DNA of 64,000 nt from Tubulanus polymorphus. Taxonomy: Eukaryota > Animalia > Nemertea. Below are positions 1 through 12,719 of this stretch, piece by piece. Position numbers and translations under genes: made by a program. A model generated the notes under the pieces. It saw only the letters and a program-made list of their open reading frames with translations. It had not been told where the DNA came from and made no database searches. The stretch covers positions 8,618,030 through 8,682,029 of the forward strand of contig NC_134036.1 of NCBI RefSeq assembly GCF_964204645.1, read 5' to 3'. Every line of letters starts with the position of its first letter. Positions within the stretch are counted from its first letter, which is position 1.

Positions 1-235
1 CTTTTTACTATAAATTCATTACAAACTTCACATTTTATTTCATCCACATTCATATTTTCTAATCGTTCTTTTCTTTCATTGGAATTTTCTGGAGTTTCAA
101 AATCTATTACATTTTTCATATGATTTGCAGATTTTTCATGTCGTGATTTTTGGGATTTTTTACAATATTGGCAATAATATTGATTTTTAATGACATTATT
201 GTTTTCTGTATGTTGTTCATTCTCTGAATCAATTC
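1..235 (-). other. Open frame running off the window edge, with zinc-finger-like motifs
   Basis: IDSENEQH...YYCQYCKKSQKSRHEKSANHMK...KCEVCNEFIVK; no stop before the window edge; very A-rich coding strand. Confidence 0.4.
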
Positions 236-603
236 TGAAATAATTTCTATTAAAACGTTTTGCGACTTTAATCCGAGTTGTTATGTCGTAATTATTTCCC
301 AATTTGTTTTTTAAATCTCATGTCCCCGGAAAGCTTCAGTAATATATGGTTGATGTGGTAAAAATTACCGTATTCAGACAAATTTCTTTTGTACGGTAAC
401 ACGATCTGAGTGACATACATTTTTTTACTGGAAACCGGTATAGAGTTGCGTTTTAGCGCCAAATAAAAACTCTTTGCCGATTCATGGACCTATTCTATTA
501 GACTAATAAAAAGGATTCTTGTTCGGTATAGATAATAAATACCTGAGACATTAGAATGATAATCAAAACTTTTTTAACGGGAACATTTTTAACGCTCGCA
601 TAC

Positions 604-772
604 AATAACATTTTCGTCATGACCGAATTGATAACTTAACCATGAACGTGTATCCCCTTGTAACCAGCTTAATGCTGGGCTCCAAAAATGCTTTTCGTAC
701 ACCCCCTGGAACGATGCCATCCGTTCACTGGCCGTTTCTATGCGGAGATGGCTGTTCATCGAAATATTTGCT
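604..772 (-). pseudogene. Discoidin (F5/8 type C)-like exon or pseudo-exon; duplicate at 2164-2332
   Basis: tcattcag|ANISMNSH..MASF..HFWSPALSWLQGDTRSWLSYQFG..VI|gtatgc resembles the FA58C N-terminal half (W.P...D..WL). Confidence 0.4.
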
Positions 773-877
773 CTGAATGAAATTCTTTTTAACGTAACTC
801 CAGACATACCATAGTCTGACCGGTGAACAGAACTCCCTGACCTGGCACGTAGAGCTTACTCTAGTTCATACTTTCAG

Positions 878-1625
878 GCATCTCTTACAGACTGATTGTA
901 CCGTACCCTCAGTCACCTCTCCTTACAGACCGATTGTACTGTACCCTCAGTCATCTCTCCTTACAGACTGATTGTACTGTACCCTCAGTCATCTCCCCTT
1001 TCAGACTGACTGTACTGTACCCTCAGTCATCTCTCCTTACAGACTGATTGTACTGTACCCTCAGTCATCTCCCCTTTCAGACTGACTGTACTGTACCCTC
1101 AGTCATCTCTCCTTACAGACTGATTGTACTGTACCCTCAGTCATCTCCCCTTTCAGACTGACTGTACTGTACCCTCAGTCATCTCTCCTTACAGACTGAT
1201 TGTACTGTACCCTCAGTCATCTCCCCTTTCAGACTGACTGTACTGTACCCTCAGTCATCTCTCCTTACAGACTGATTGTACTGTACCCTCAGTCATCTCC
1301 CCTTTCAGACTGACTGTACTGTACCCTCAGTCATCTCTCCTTGCAGACTGATTGTACTGTACCCTCAGTCATCTCCCCTTACAGACTGACTGTACTGTAC
1401 CCTCAGTCATCTCCCCTTACAGACTGATTGTACTGTACCCTCAGTCATCTCCCCTTACAGACTGACTGTACTGTACCCTCTGTCATCTCCCCTTACAGAC
1501 TGATTGTACTGTACACTTAGTCATCTCCCCTTACATACTGGTTGTGTTGTCCTCACTCATCTCTCCTTTCAGACTGATGTACTGTATCCTCAGTCATCTC
1601 CCCTTGCAGTCTAATTGTATTGTAC
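878..1625. repeat. 38-bp minisatellite array 1 (about 20 units)
   Basis: Consensus CAGACTGATTGTACTGTACCCTCAGTCATCTCCCCTTA. Confidence 0.97.
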
Positions 1626-2437
1626 CAGTCACCGGTTGCCAGTACAGTAAAGCATAGTTAAGAACCTTTGCGCGAATTTGGTCGAAAGCGATGTCGACGG
1701 TGAAGTCCACTGACCTCATTACGATCGACAATGTAGATTTACCTCTTCATGCACATAAATGCTAAATGTGTGTGTACTTCCCGATTTCAAAATTCTGAAA
1801 TAATTTCTATTAAAACGTTTTGCGACTTTAATCCGAGTTGTTATGTCGTAATTATTTCCCAATTTGTTTTTTAAATCTCATGTCCCCGGAAAGCTTCAGT
1901 AATATATGGTTGATGTGGTAAAAATTACCGTATTCAGACAAATTTCTTTTGTACGGTAACACGATCTGAGTGACATACATTTTTTTACTGGAAACCGGTA
2001 TAGAGTTGCGTTTTAGCGCCAAATAAAAACTCTTTGCCGATTCATGGACCTATTCTATTAGACTAATAAAAAGGATTCTTGTTCGGTATAGATAATAAAT
2101 ACCTGAGACATTAGAATGATAATCAAAACTTTTTTAACGGGAACATTTTTAACGCTCGCATACAATAACATTTTCGTCATGACCGAATTGATAACTTAAC
2201 CATGAACGTGTATCCCCTTGTAACCAGCTTAATGCTGGGCTCCAAAAATGCTTTTCGTACACCCCCTGGAACGATGCCATCCGTTCACTGGCCGTTTCTA
2301 TGCGGAGATGGCTGTTCATCGAAATATTTGCTCTGAATGAAATTCTTTTTAACGTAACTCCAGACATACCATAGTCTGACCGGTGAACAGAACTCCCTGA
2401 CCAGGCACGTAGAGCTTACTCTAGTTCATACTTTCAG

Positions 2438-3450
2438 GCATCTCTTACAGACTGATTGTACCGTACCCTCAGTCACCTCTCCTACAGACCGATTGTACTG
2501 TACCCTCAGTCATCTCTCCTTACAGACTGATTGTACTGTACACTCAGTCATCTCTCCTTGCAGACTGATTGTACTGTACCCTCAGTCATCTCTCCTTACA
2601 GACTGATTGTACTGTACCCTCAGTCATCTCTCCTTGCAGACTGATTGTACTGTACCCTCAGTCATCACCCCTTACAGACTGGTTGTACTGTACTCTCACT
2701 CATCTCACCTTACAGACTGATTGTACTGTACCCTCAGTCATCCCTCCTTGCATACTGGTTGTACCGTAGCCTCAGTCATATCCCCTTACAGACTGATCGT
2801 ACTATACCTTCAGTCATCTCCCTTGCATACTGATTGTACTGTACACTCAGTCATCTCTCCTTGCAGACTGATTGTACTGTACCCTCAGTCATCTCTCCTT
2901 ACAGACTGATTGTACTGTACCCTCAGTCATCTCTCCTTGCAGACTGATTGTACTGTACCCTCAGTCATCACCCCTTACAGACTGGTTGTACTGTACTCTC
3001 ACTCATCTTACCTTACAGACTGATCGTACTATACCTTCAGTCATCTCCCCTTGCATACTGATTGTACTGTACCCTCAGTCATCTCCCCATATAGACTGAC
3101 TGTACTGTACCCTCAGTCATCTCTCCTTGCAGACTGATTGTACTGTACCCTCATTCATCTTCCTTTATAGACTGACTGTACTGTACCCTCAGTCATCTCC
3201 CCTTACAGACTGATTGTACTGTACCCTCATTCATCTCCCTTTATAGACTGACTGTACTGTACCCTCAGTCATCTCCCCTTACAGACTGACTGTACTGTAC
3301 CCTCTGTCATCTCCCCTTACAGACTGATTGTACTGTGCACTTAGTCATCTCCCCTTACATACTGGTTGTGTTGTCCTCACTCATCTCTCCTTTCAGACTG
3401 ATGTACTGTATCCTCAGTCATCTCCCCTTGCAGTCTAATTGTATTGTACC
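2438..3450. repeat. 38-bp minisatellite array 2 (about 26 units)
   Basis: Same monomer as array 1. Confidence 0.97.
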
Positions 3451-3889
3451 AGTCACCGGTTGCCAGTACAGTAAAGCATAGTTAAGAACCTTCGCGCGAA
3501 TTTGGTCGAAAGCGATGTCGACGGTGTTCCCTATCTTTTTATATCGGTGTACAATTGATATCGATAAAGCTTTATTTCAATGAATCAGATAGATTTTTTG
3601 ACATACTTAAAAGGTGGTCTACGATTTTGACATTCGCCGACGAAATGACTCGTCATATAAAGCAATGGAATACGGACGATATTTCCTTGTCGAAACGATC
3701 ATTTCGATATCTTTGCTAATCTTTTTGTGCGGTCTGATCAACTCTGGCACAATATACATTCCTGCATGCTGTTATCCAGACACTTTGAAATCCATTCCAC
3801 ATCATCGCATGTAAAAAAACGAATTGTGCTTTTGCCGGTCGCCTTTTTTGGCATATTTATAATGCGATGCAACACAGAATAACGAGTTG

Positions 3890-4190
3890 AAGAACAGCCA
3901 TACAGAACAAATGTATCTCTTTGTAACCTGGTTTCTTGGAAACCCACAAATGTTGTTGTTGCACCGCCTGGAACGTGCTGAGGGAGTCGCAATCACAAGT
4001 AAAAATGGACCCCAGATCAAAGGTCGATGGGTCGAAAAATGAAATGGTGATAGAGTGCATTTTATAATTTTTGAATTTCAACTAATGTATAAGAATAATG
4101 AAATTTAAAGTTGAGCCCACCTATAGTTGGCCGCAATATTTCATCTTTTTCTTGTACTTTACCCTCAGACATTTCTCCTCGCAGACTGAT
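3890..4190 (-). pseudogene. Decayed discoidin-like C-terminal half
   Basis: ISLRGEMSEG..GLNFKFHYSY, then FKNYK..FFDP, then VLYGC, across frameshifts. Confidence 0.4.
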
Positions 4191-6426
4191 TGTATGGTAC
4201 CTTCAGTGACCCTCAGTCATCTCTCCTTACAGACTGATTGTACTGTACCCTCAGTCATCTCTCCTTGCAGACTGATTGTACTGTACCCTCAGTCATCACC
4301 CCTTACAGACTGGTTGTACTGTACTCTCACTCATCTCACCTTACAGACTGATCGTACTATACCTTCAGTCATCTCCCCTTGCATACTGATTGTACTGTAC
4401 CCTCAGTCATCTCCCCATATAGACTGACTGTACTGTACCCTCAGTCATCTCTCCTTGCAGACTGATTGTACTGTACCCTCATTCATCTTCCTTTATAGAC
4501 TGACTGTACTGTACCCTCAGTCATCTCCCCTTACAGACTGATTGTACTGTACCCTCAGTCATCTCCCCTTGCATACTGATTGTACTGTACCCTCATTCAT
4601 CTTCCTTTATAGACTGACTGTACTGTACCCTCAGTCATCTCTCCTTACAGACTGATTGTACTGTACCCTCAGTCATCTCCCCTTGCATACTGATTGTACT
4701 GTACCCTCAGTCATCTCCCCATATAGACTGACTGTACTGTACCCTCAGTCATCTCTCCTTGCAGACTGATTGTACTGTACCCTCATTCATCTTCCTTTAT
4801 AGACTGACTGTACTGTACCCTCAGTCATCTCTCCTTACAGACTGATTGTACTGTACCCTCAGTCATCTCCCCTTGCATACTGATTGTACTGTACCCTCAG
4901 TCATCTCCCCATATAGACTGACTGTACTGTACCCTCAGTCATCTCTCCTTGCAGACTGATTGTACTGTACCCTCATTCATCTTCCTTTATAGACTGACTG
5001 TACTGTACCCTCAGTCATCTCCCCTTACAGACTGATTGTACTGTACCCTCATTCATCTCCCTTTATAGACTGACTGTACTGTACCCTCAGTCATCTCCCC
5101 TTACAGACTGATTGTACTGTACCCTCAGTTACCTCCTGTTGCAGACTGATTGTACTGTACCCTCAGTCATCTCTCCTTGCAGACTGATTGTACTGTACCC
5201 TCAGTCATCACCCCTTACAGACTGGTTGTACTGTACTCTCACTCATCTCACCTTACAGACTGATTGTACTGTACCCTCAGTCATCCCTCCTTGCAGACTG
5301 ATTGTACTGTACCCTCATTCATCTCCCTTTATAGACTGACTGTACTGTACCCTCAGTCATCTCCCCTTACAGACTGATTGTACTGTATCCTCATTCATCT
5401 CCCTTTATAGACTGACTGTACTGTACCCTCAGTCATCTCCCCTTACAGACTGATTGTACTGTACCCTCAGTTATCTCCTGTTGCAGACTGATTGTACTGT
5501 ACCCTCAGTCATATCCCCTTACAGACTGATCGTACTATACCTTCAGTCATCTCCCCTTGTAGACTGATTGTACTGTACCCTCAGTCATCTCCCCATATAG
5601 ACTGACTGTACTGTACCCTCAGTCATCTCTCCTTGCAGACTGATTGTACTGTACCCTCAGTCATCTCCCCTTGCAGACTGATTCTACTGTACCCTCATTC
5701 ATCTCCCTTTATAGACTGACTGTACTGTACCCTCAGTCATCTCCCCTTACAGACTGATTGTACTGTACCCTCATTCATCTCCCTTTATAGACTGACTGTA
5801 CTGTACCCTCAGTCATCTCCCCTTACAGACTGATTGTACTGTACCCTCAGTTATCTCCTGTTGCAGACTGATTGTACTGTACCCTCAGTTATCTCTCCTT
5901 AAATACTTATTGTACTGTACCCTCAGTCATCTCCTGTTGCAGACTGATTGTACTGTACCCTCAGTTATCTCCTGTTGCAGACTGATTGTACTGTACCCTC
6001 AGTCATCTCACCTTACAGAATGATTGTACTGTACCCTCATTCATCTCTCCTTACAGACTGATTGTGCTGTACCCTCAGTCATCTCACCTTACAGACTGAT
6101 TGTACTGTACCCTCAGTCATCTCCCCTTGCAGACTGATTGTACTGTACCCTCAGTCATCTCCCCTTGTAGACTGACTGTACTGTACCCTCAGTCATCTCC
6201 CCTTACAGACTGACTGTACTGTACCCTCAGTCATCTCCCCTTTTAGACTGACTGTACTGTACCCTCAGTCATCTTCCTTGCAGACTAATAATTGTACTGT
6301 ACCCTCAGTCATCTCCCCTTGCAGACTGGTTGTACTGTACCCTCAATCATCTCCCCCCTTGCATACTGATTGTACTGTACCCTCAATCATCTCCCCTTGC
6401 AGACTGATTGTACTGTACCGTCAGTC
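4155..6426. repeat. 38-bp minisatellite array 3 (about 60 units)
   Basis: Same monomer as array 1. Confidence 0.97.
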
Positions 6427-7005
6427 AAGGTAGCGTAGGTCGGTTGGTCGTTGCGAGGCGATCGTCGCGAGGACCTACGCCCGGTTTAAGGTTTATAAGT
6501 GTTACAAGGTAAATTGTAACGACGCTCCAATAAATTAGTCTTGATCTTTCGCATATGATTACATCCCTCATCGCCCGTCGGTGTTGGAAAAATTGGGTCG
6601 ATCGGACATAACATGGTCGTCCTGTGATTTGTTTTGCCCAACAATTTTATTTTACCCTGAATTCGGAGGGCCTGTAGCTTCATGGTGGTTTGTCATTTTT
6701 CATTGAAATTCATGATGGGCTCCTTTGTGAAGGGATCTTTAACGTATCAGAGGGGTTTTGCGGTCAATTGTCACGCATCAATCGTCGGCTATTTGATACA
6801 TTTCCTCGCATGCAATTGGAAATACCCAATTATTTTTGTTTTTTTGCCATCAGGGAGGTCAAATAATGAATCATATAGAACTTTTCAGTTCAGTAATTCG
6901 TTGTTACCTTCAAAATCTTTTGCAAAATCGTAGCTCATTACATGATTCTACATTACATGGTTCTATGAATGGTTACAGTTTCGACGTCATCGGTTTAATC
7001 GTGCA

Positions 7006-7115
7006 CGGTCACCAGTGGGCGTTGATTAAGAGAATAACTTAGTATTTCCATATCATGTCGGTCACCAGTGGGCGTTGATTAAGAGAATAACTTAGTATTT
7101 CCATATCATGTCGGT
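7006..7115. repeat. 53-bp direct tandem duplication
   Basis: cggtcaccagtgggcgttgattaagagaataacttagtatttccatatcatgt twice. Confidence 0.95.
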
Positions 7116-7180
7116 AGCTAGACGTATTTCTTTAACACGATAATTATTTTGCTCATAACAAGCTTTATGATTGACGGTGG

Positions 7181-8949
7181 TGTTGCAGACTGAGACAACA
7201 TGAACAGATAAATGCAGCGGCGTAATTGCAAACTGGTGTTTATTACCGTTTTCTACAATACAAATTAACATTTCTCATTATATAAATATGTCATAAATGA
7301 AATAACTGAATTACAGAATTAATGTACTTGTATATGTACTTACAAATCGTACGCCTAATCGCCAACATGACATTCGGTGAGTAAAATACAGAGTATTACT
7401 ACTGGTGACATATCAGTACCTGTTTATATACCAATCAAACCGTCACACACAGTGAGCGGCTTAGGATAAGCTATAATACAATATATGCCTTGATATTACA
7501 ATAATCCTACATAGAAAACTACAAACTGGAATAACATGATAATACTCTAAATTTAAAATCTTACAGCGCCCCCTTGATACTAGTTACAAATAATGGTGTC
7601 AATCAAATAGTTACGATTAATAGCTTAACAACAGTTACAAAGAATTTTAAGTACTTTTCAGACACACAAAACAAGATCAGATTTCTGAGGCAACATGCAT
7701 TTAAATTCTTTTGTAACAATAATTAAGACACAGATTCTTCAAGGACACAAACCTTGGTCACGGGCCGTAAATACTCAGATCTGTCTGAGGTTCGAATCCT
7801 TACAGTTCGCACTCTGCCATCTTCACTTGGGATTGTGCAAACTACACAAAGACCAACCAATGACCAACGTGTCCTTGGCAAGTTTTCATCAACTAAAAGA
7901 ACTAAATCATTAACTTTGACATTTTTACAATCGCCAAACCATTTACCTCTTGCAGTGAGGGTCGGAAGGTATTCCTTCTGTCACCGTCGCCAAAAGTTAT
8001 CAGCTATGATTTGTGACTTACGCCATTATTTGCGACTATTAATTTCTTGCGTCTCGAATCTACCTGGAGGCATTACGTCGCTGGCGCCCCCATGTAAAAA
8101 GTGATTCGGAGTGATCGCTGTGAAATCATTAGCATCACTACTGTTGTATGTAAGTGGGCGGCTATTTATCGTCGCTTCTACTTCTATAAGTGCTGAATGC
8201 AGTACTGAATCTGATACACAATTACCCTTTAGGACTACCATAAGTGTTCTCTTTACAGAACCAACTAGCCGCTCCCATGCCCCTCCAAAATGGGGAGCAT
8301 GAGCTCAATTTCATCCGCATCTTCTAAAACTGAAACGTATGACTGGTGGGCCGACTGTAGTGATTTTAAACAGCTAGCAATACGTTGTTTCAACGATTCT
8401 CTGTGAAGATCTGACTGTTCTTTCGTTGATTTCACTTTCTCGAGCGAACGAGTAAGCCACCCTGCCAGGCTAGCACGAGTGCCCTTTAATTTCTGTCTTC
8501 GTTCAGCTGTTGACGGTTGATCCTCGTCTTGAGACATCATACAGCAGATTTATAACTTTATGTTGCAGACTGAGACAACATGAAAAGATAAATGCTGCGG
8601 CGTAATTGCAAACTGGTGTTTATTACCGTTTTCTACAATACAAATTAACATTGCTCATTATATAAATATGTCATAAATGCAATAACTGAATTACAGAATT
8701 AATGTACTTGTATATGTACTTACAAATCGTACGCCTAATCGCCAACATGACATTCGGTGAGAAACATACAGAGTATTACTACTGGTGACATATCAGTACC
8801 TGTTTATATACCAATCAAACCGTCACACACAGTGAGCGGCTTAGGATAAGCTATTGTGAATACAATATATGCCTTGATATTACAATAATCCTACATAGAA
8901 AACTACAAACTGGAATAACATAATAATACTCTAAATATAAAATCTAACA
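7181..8949 (-). mobile_element. Internally deleted BEL/Pao LTR retrotransposon
   Basis: LTRs 7181-7565 and 8561-8949 (TG..CA, highly similar); 5-bp TSD GGTGG; PPT AAGGGGGCGC at 7566-7575; gag N-terminus joined to integrase C-terminus (APHFGGAWERLVGSVK, INSRPLT, ITPNHFL, EYLPTL, RPVTKVCVL). Confidence 0.95.
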
Positions 8950-9429
8950 GGTGGTGACTTTCAAAGTCACTGGTTTCTATACGTTACTGGACCTCTAGTT
9001 ATTCACAGCTTTGATCATTCATTCGCTAACATTACTATTCGTTATCGCTATTGTAATACATTATCACTTTCTATTATTATGGTTGTTGATTTATTTACCA
9101 TAAGCAAATATTGCATACGTTTTTCCTGTTCAATTACAAGCCGATATTATTACATTATATACTCATATATGATTCATCCATGCATGTATTTAGTATCATT
9201 ATTCGTTATTCTTATCATTCATTTATTGTTATCGATTACTAATTGATTATTGTTAAATTGTTATCTTAATTATTTTTTGGCACCTGCTTTCATCCACTAG
9301 GCAGTCGGTGACCATTACGCGTGTGAGATACTAGCAAATATTGAATATGGTATGTAATATCGTTTATGTTTGGAAGAAATGAATGATTTTCTATTCTAAT
9401 TCTACTAAAAGATTTATACCAATCACAAA

Positions 9430-9793
9430 AAATCGTGATATTCTCGCAACGGCTCGTTATATTTCAAATTCGAACGTTGGAATCCGTTGATTTCCATGGA
9501 TATACCCCAGTAATCTCCCCTTGCAGACAGGCACTGGATATTTCTAGTAGGTGAATGGTGATCTCCCAGGTTATCCAAGTTCTCGGTGTGCAATCATTTG
9601 TCTGTTCGAACACAGTACGTCAAATCGGGTAAAAGGCACCCGTCGTTAGGTTGGTACCATATAAATCCTTCATCGAAAACTGACTGCATCTCGAGTATCA
9701 ATGCGAAAAGGTTTGGATGATTGCATCTCCCAATGCGATAAAGTTTGAATGCGTTTTGAGCGAGGGTTGAGCAATGATGCGTACGGTTCACAG
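9430..9793 (-). pseudogene. Decayed discoidin-like exon
   Basis: CEPYASLLNPRSKRIQTLSHW.. / FIWYQPNDG / PRTWITWEI..EISSACLQGEITG, with frameshifts. Confidence 0.4.
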
Positions 9794-11954
9794 CTTAGAA
9801 TTAAATTGACATAGTTAACGTTTATCAAATCGATTTGCGTTTTGGAGAGAAATCAAACGCGTACATCGATGTATCGGCATTAAAACGCGTTCCAATCGTG
9901 TGTAAGATGCGCGGTTCAACACGCAAACGATTTGCCTATTTCGTTAAGTTTGTTCAAAGCTGCACCGTAGTTGCGGAGAACTATCGTTCAGAATAAGACA
10001 GTTAACTTACATAACGAAGGCCGCGTACGCGATGCGATTAGATAGAACTAACGTTCAAACCCGTGAAATTCGGGGGAAAAATTACAAGGGCACACAATTT
10101 GTGAGCCATAAAAAAATAATTACCTTTCTGTACTAGGCCTAAAGCCAAATGTGAATGAAAATAAATCGCCCAAAAAAAAAGGCGATCTAATGAGTGAGTC
10201 ATTATGGGATTTGAAACTAAACTACAGTCGCACTTCGTAACTACGAACGTCAGAAGACTAGGAAAGATATATTCGTTACAAACATTGATAAGTAGCTGTT
10301 ATTCGCTATGTTTTAAATCGTTCGCTTTATCTATCTGGAATAAAATTCGTGTTTCGTAAATAAACCGATGAATATTCGGGGTCGGTATAACGACGTGCTC
10401 CTGTAACTGCTAACGGGAATGGGCAAGTAGGTCTAGTAAGAACAGGATAAGTTATCAAATGCTTAGATAAGTTTGCTTTGTCTTAAACATTTGAGTAGTT
10501 TGAAATCAATTTCAGGGCATTGTCTAATTCTAGTTTTTTTTTCGGTGGTTTTCAATCAAGGTGACATTCGGGTAGAATTCGTTCTATTTCTTAGTAGCGG
10601 GTTGACAATTAAATCGGAGCTATTCACACAGTGCCACGTGCGGTATTCGTAGTAACTAAAATTTACAGAAGATGTGATACAGTCGTTATTGAAATGGCCA
10701 TCCTGACCGTACTAGAGTCAAACCGCCAACATATGTGTATAACCATGTATGTATGTATGAGAATTCTACACATCCGCAGTTTCGTCCAGCTTAGAGGGAA
10801 GAGAACGCGAGATCAAAGACGCATGGACCATTCACTAGCTGTTCTGCGCCACGAATAGAACCAGCTTCGCGCCGCGCGCGCGTCAGCCGTATTTCATACT
10901 TTCATCGCTCTTTGTGACGTATCCGAGCCTGCCCGCGATCTTTAAAAAGGCATTACTTCTCATAGACGTTGGCGCATTATCTCAAAACATGTTTTTACGA
11001 AAGGAAGGTTAGGCCTTTTTAGTTTTGCTAATATCGGCAGTGCGTATGATGGATATCTATAACCAAATGTCGAGAAACAATCTCCATAGCAAAAGCGTCT
11101 TCAACACTTTGCCAAACAGTGGATGTGATTGTCTATCTACGGGCGGTGGGCGGGGTAAATCTCAATGAAATTCGCCTGCTGGCGGAACACGAGTCTAATG
11201 TGGACCAAAAGCGCCGGTTGAAATAAACGCTGTTTTTGTTTTCTATTATGGGCTGACACGGTAACGCTTCTAGTTTGGCGTGGTTCACGATATTAGTTAC
11301 TTTCGAATTGTTTTAGGTATAAAGTCCGAACTAGAGTAATACCCGCGGAAACCACGGGTGATTTCCTTTGGCCTAGAACTTCAAACTGTTTAATTTATTC
11401 GCAATGGTATTAGGTCGGGCCATTTAAAATCTATGTGCCCATGCTCGTGGAGCGCCTATGAGCTTTGATGACCTATAGCCGCGGAGACTGGGAACTATCG
11501 GAGGTAAACAAACTATGGACAGAGCTACGCGGGACTCCAACTCCTGACCCTATTAGGTGCAAGTTTTGTGGTCTACATTGCGACTGCATAACGTTATTGT
11601 GCTGTAGACTTGCTTTGATGCAGTAAGAATCTATAATTATAATTCCTGCTTACTGATTGGCTGAAATTTTGCGCGCTTCCGTTCGTCCCCCCCCCTATAA
11701 ATATTTTCACACACTGTTTATACCCGTAGCATTAGTTTATACAATGGTTGACTACCGCACACAATTGAAAAGCCCACTTCTTCTCCACGGCGACACTATT
11801 CTATTTGCAACATAGTTTCGTATTAATATATAGATACTAACCGGGAGAAGTTGAACTCGATTTCTTACAACAGGAATTTATCATTCAAAGCAGGCTGCAA
11901 TATATATGTATCTAATCGTTCATATATATACAAGTAATAGTATCTCGTAGTTGA

Positions 11955-12072
11955 CCTCCCTGCCTCACTCCCTGCCTGCCTGTCTGCCTCCCGGCTCCCT
12001 GCCTGCCTCCCTGTCTGCCTCACTCCCTGCCTGCCTCCCTACCTGTCTGCCTCCCTCCCTGCCTGCCTCCCT
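11955..12072. repeat. (CCTG/CCCT)n microsatellite
   Basis: Directly visible. Confidence 0.9.
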
Positions 12073-12719
12073 CTAGCACTTACTGGCAAATAACGTGTAT
12101 ATAGTAACATCCGATTGGTGACGATTAATCAGCAATATAAACGACAGATGATGGTTTATCTGCAATGGAAATGAATTATCAGCAGTGAGAATTTGACTAA
12201 TATTTGTGGAGGTGAATCATGTCTTTTGTACTTTACAGTTACAACAAGTGATAATATTAAAAAGATGCAACCCTGTCTAACCCTGACTAATTGTATTGCA
12301 CAGATTAATAACTAGCTGAAATTACTAATGCAAGGTGATTATGGATAATGAATGTTAGAAAAGTTTTCAAGGAGCACGGAGAACAATACACATACTTAAT
12401 ACTTTATTGTGAAATCTACACATCTATCTAAAAGTAATCTTAGTGTATCCATGTGTAGACTAAAAAAATAATTCCAATAATTTCTATGCACTGATACACA
12501 AAATAAAATCCTTGTTACAAGCAGTTTCTCCTGATTTTGACTAATCTCATTTCACAGAATAATAGCAGTTTACTGTCTGAAACTGATTATCACAATATGC
12601 AGTAGTATTACAAATTATCATAAATGCCACGGTTTTAAATGTAGATTAATACAGTCAGACACCTCACAACGTTCATAGAAGAATGAAGAACTAAAGTTAA
12701 TTACTTTTCTTAAAAAATG

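Larger units (their letters stand above)
231..3527. repeat. Local tandem duplication: copy A 231-1702, copy B 1791-3527
   Basis: About 650 bp of near-identical sequence at offset 1560 (identical 72-aa ORFs), each followed by a 38-bp array and the same ~80-bp tail. Confidence 0.95.

Noticed and set aside
878-6426. 38-bp arrays as CRISPR arrays, or the + strand ORFs within them as genes
   Set aside because: Contiguous tandem units with no unique spacers and no cas genes, in a eukaryotic context; the ORFs are repeat translations
6600-6900. Polinton polymerase-associated nuclease fragment
   Set aside because: The HGC..HGC motif is absent; the frame fits the neighbouring discoidin-like fragments better
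7181-7193. LTR start tgttgcagactga matches a satellite variant
   Set aside because: Only about 13 bp with no further similarity; likely chance
11330-11720. Helentron/HINE-like element starting aactagagtaatacccgcggaaaccacggg
   Set aside because: A terminal hairpin is visible, but I could not define the other end or find a second copy
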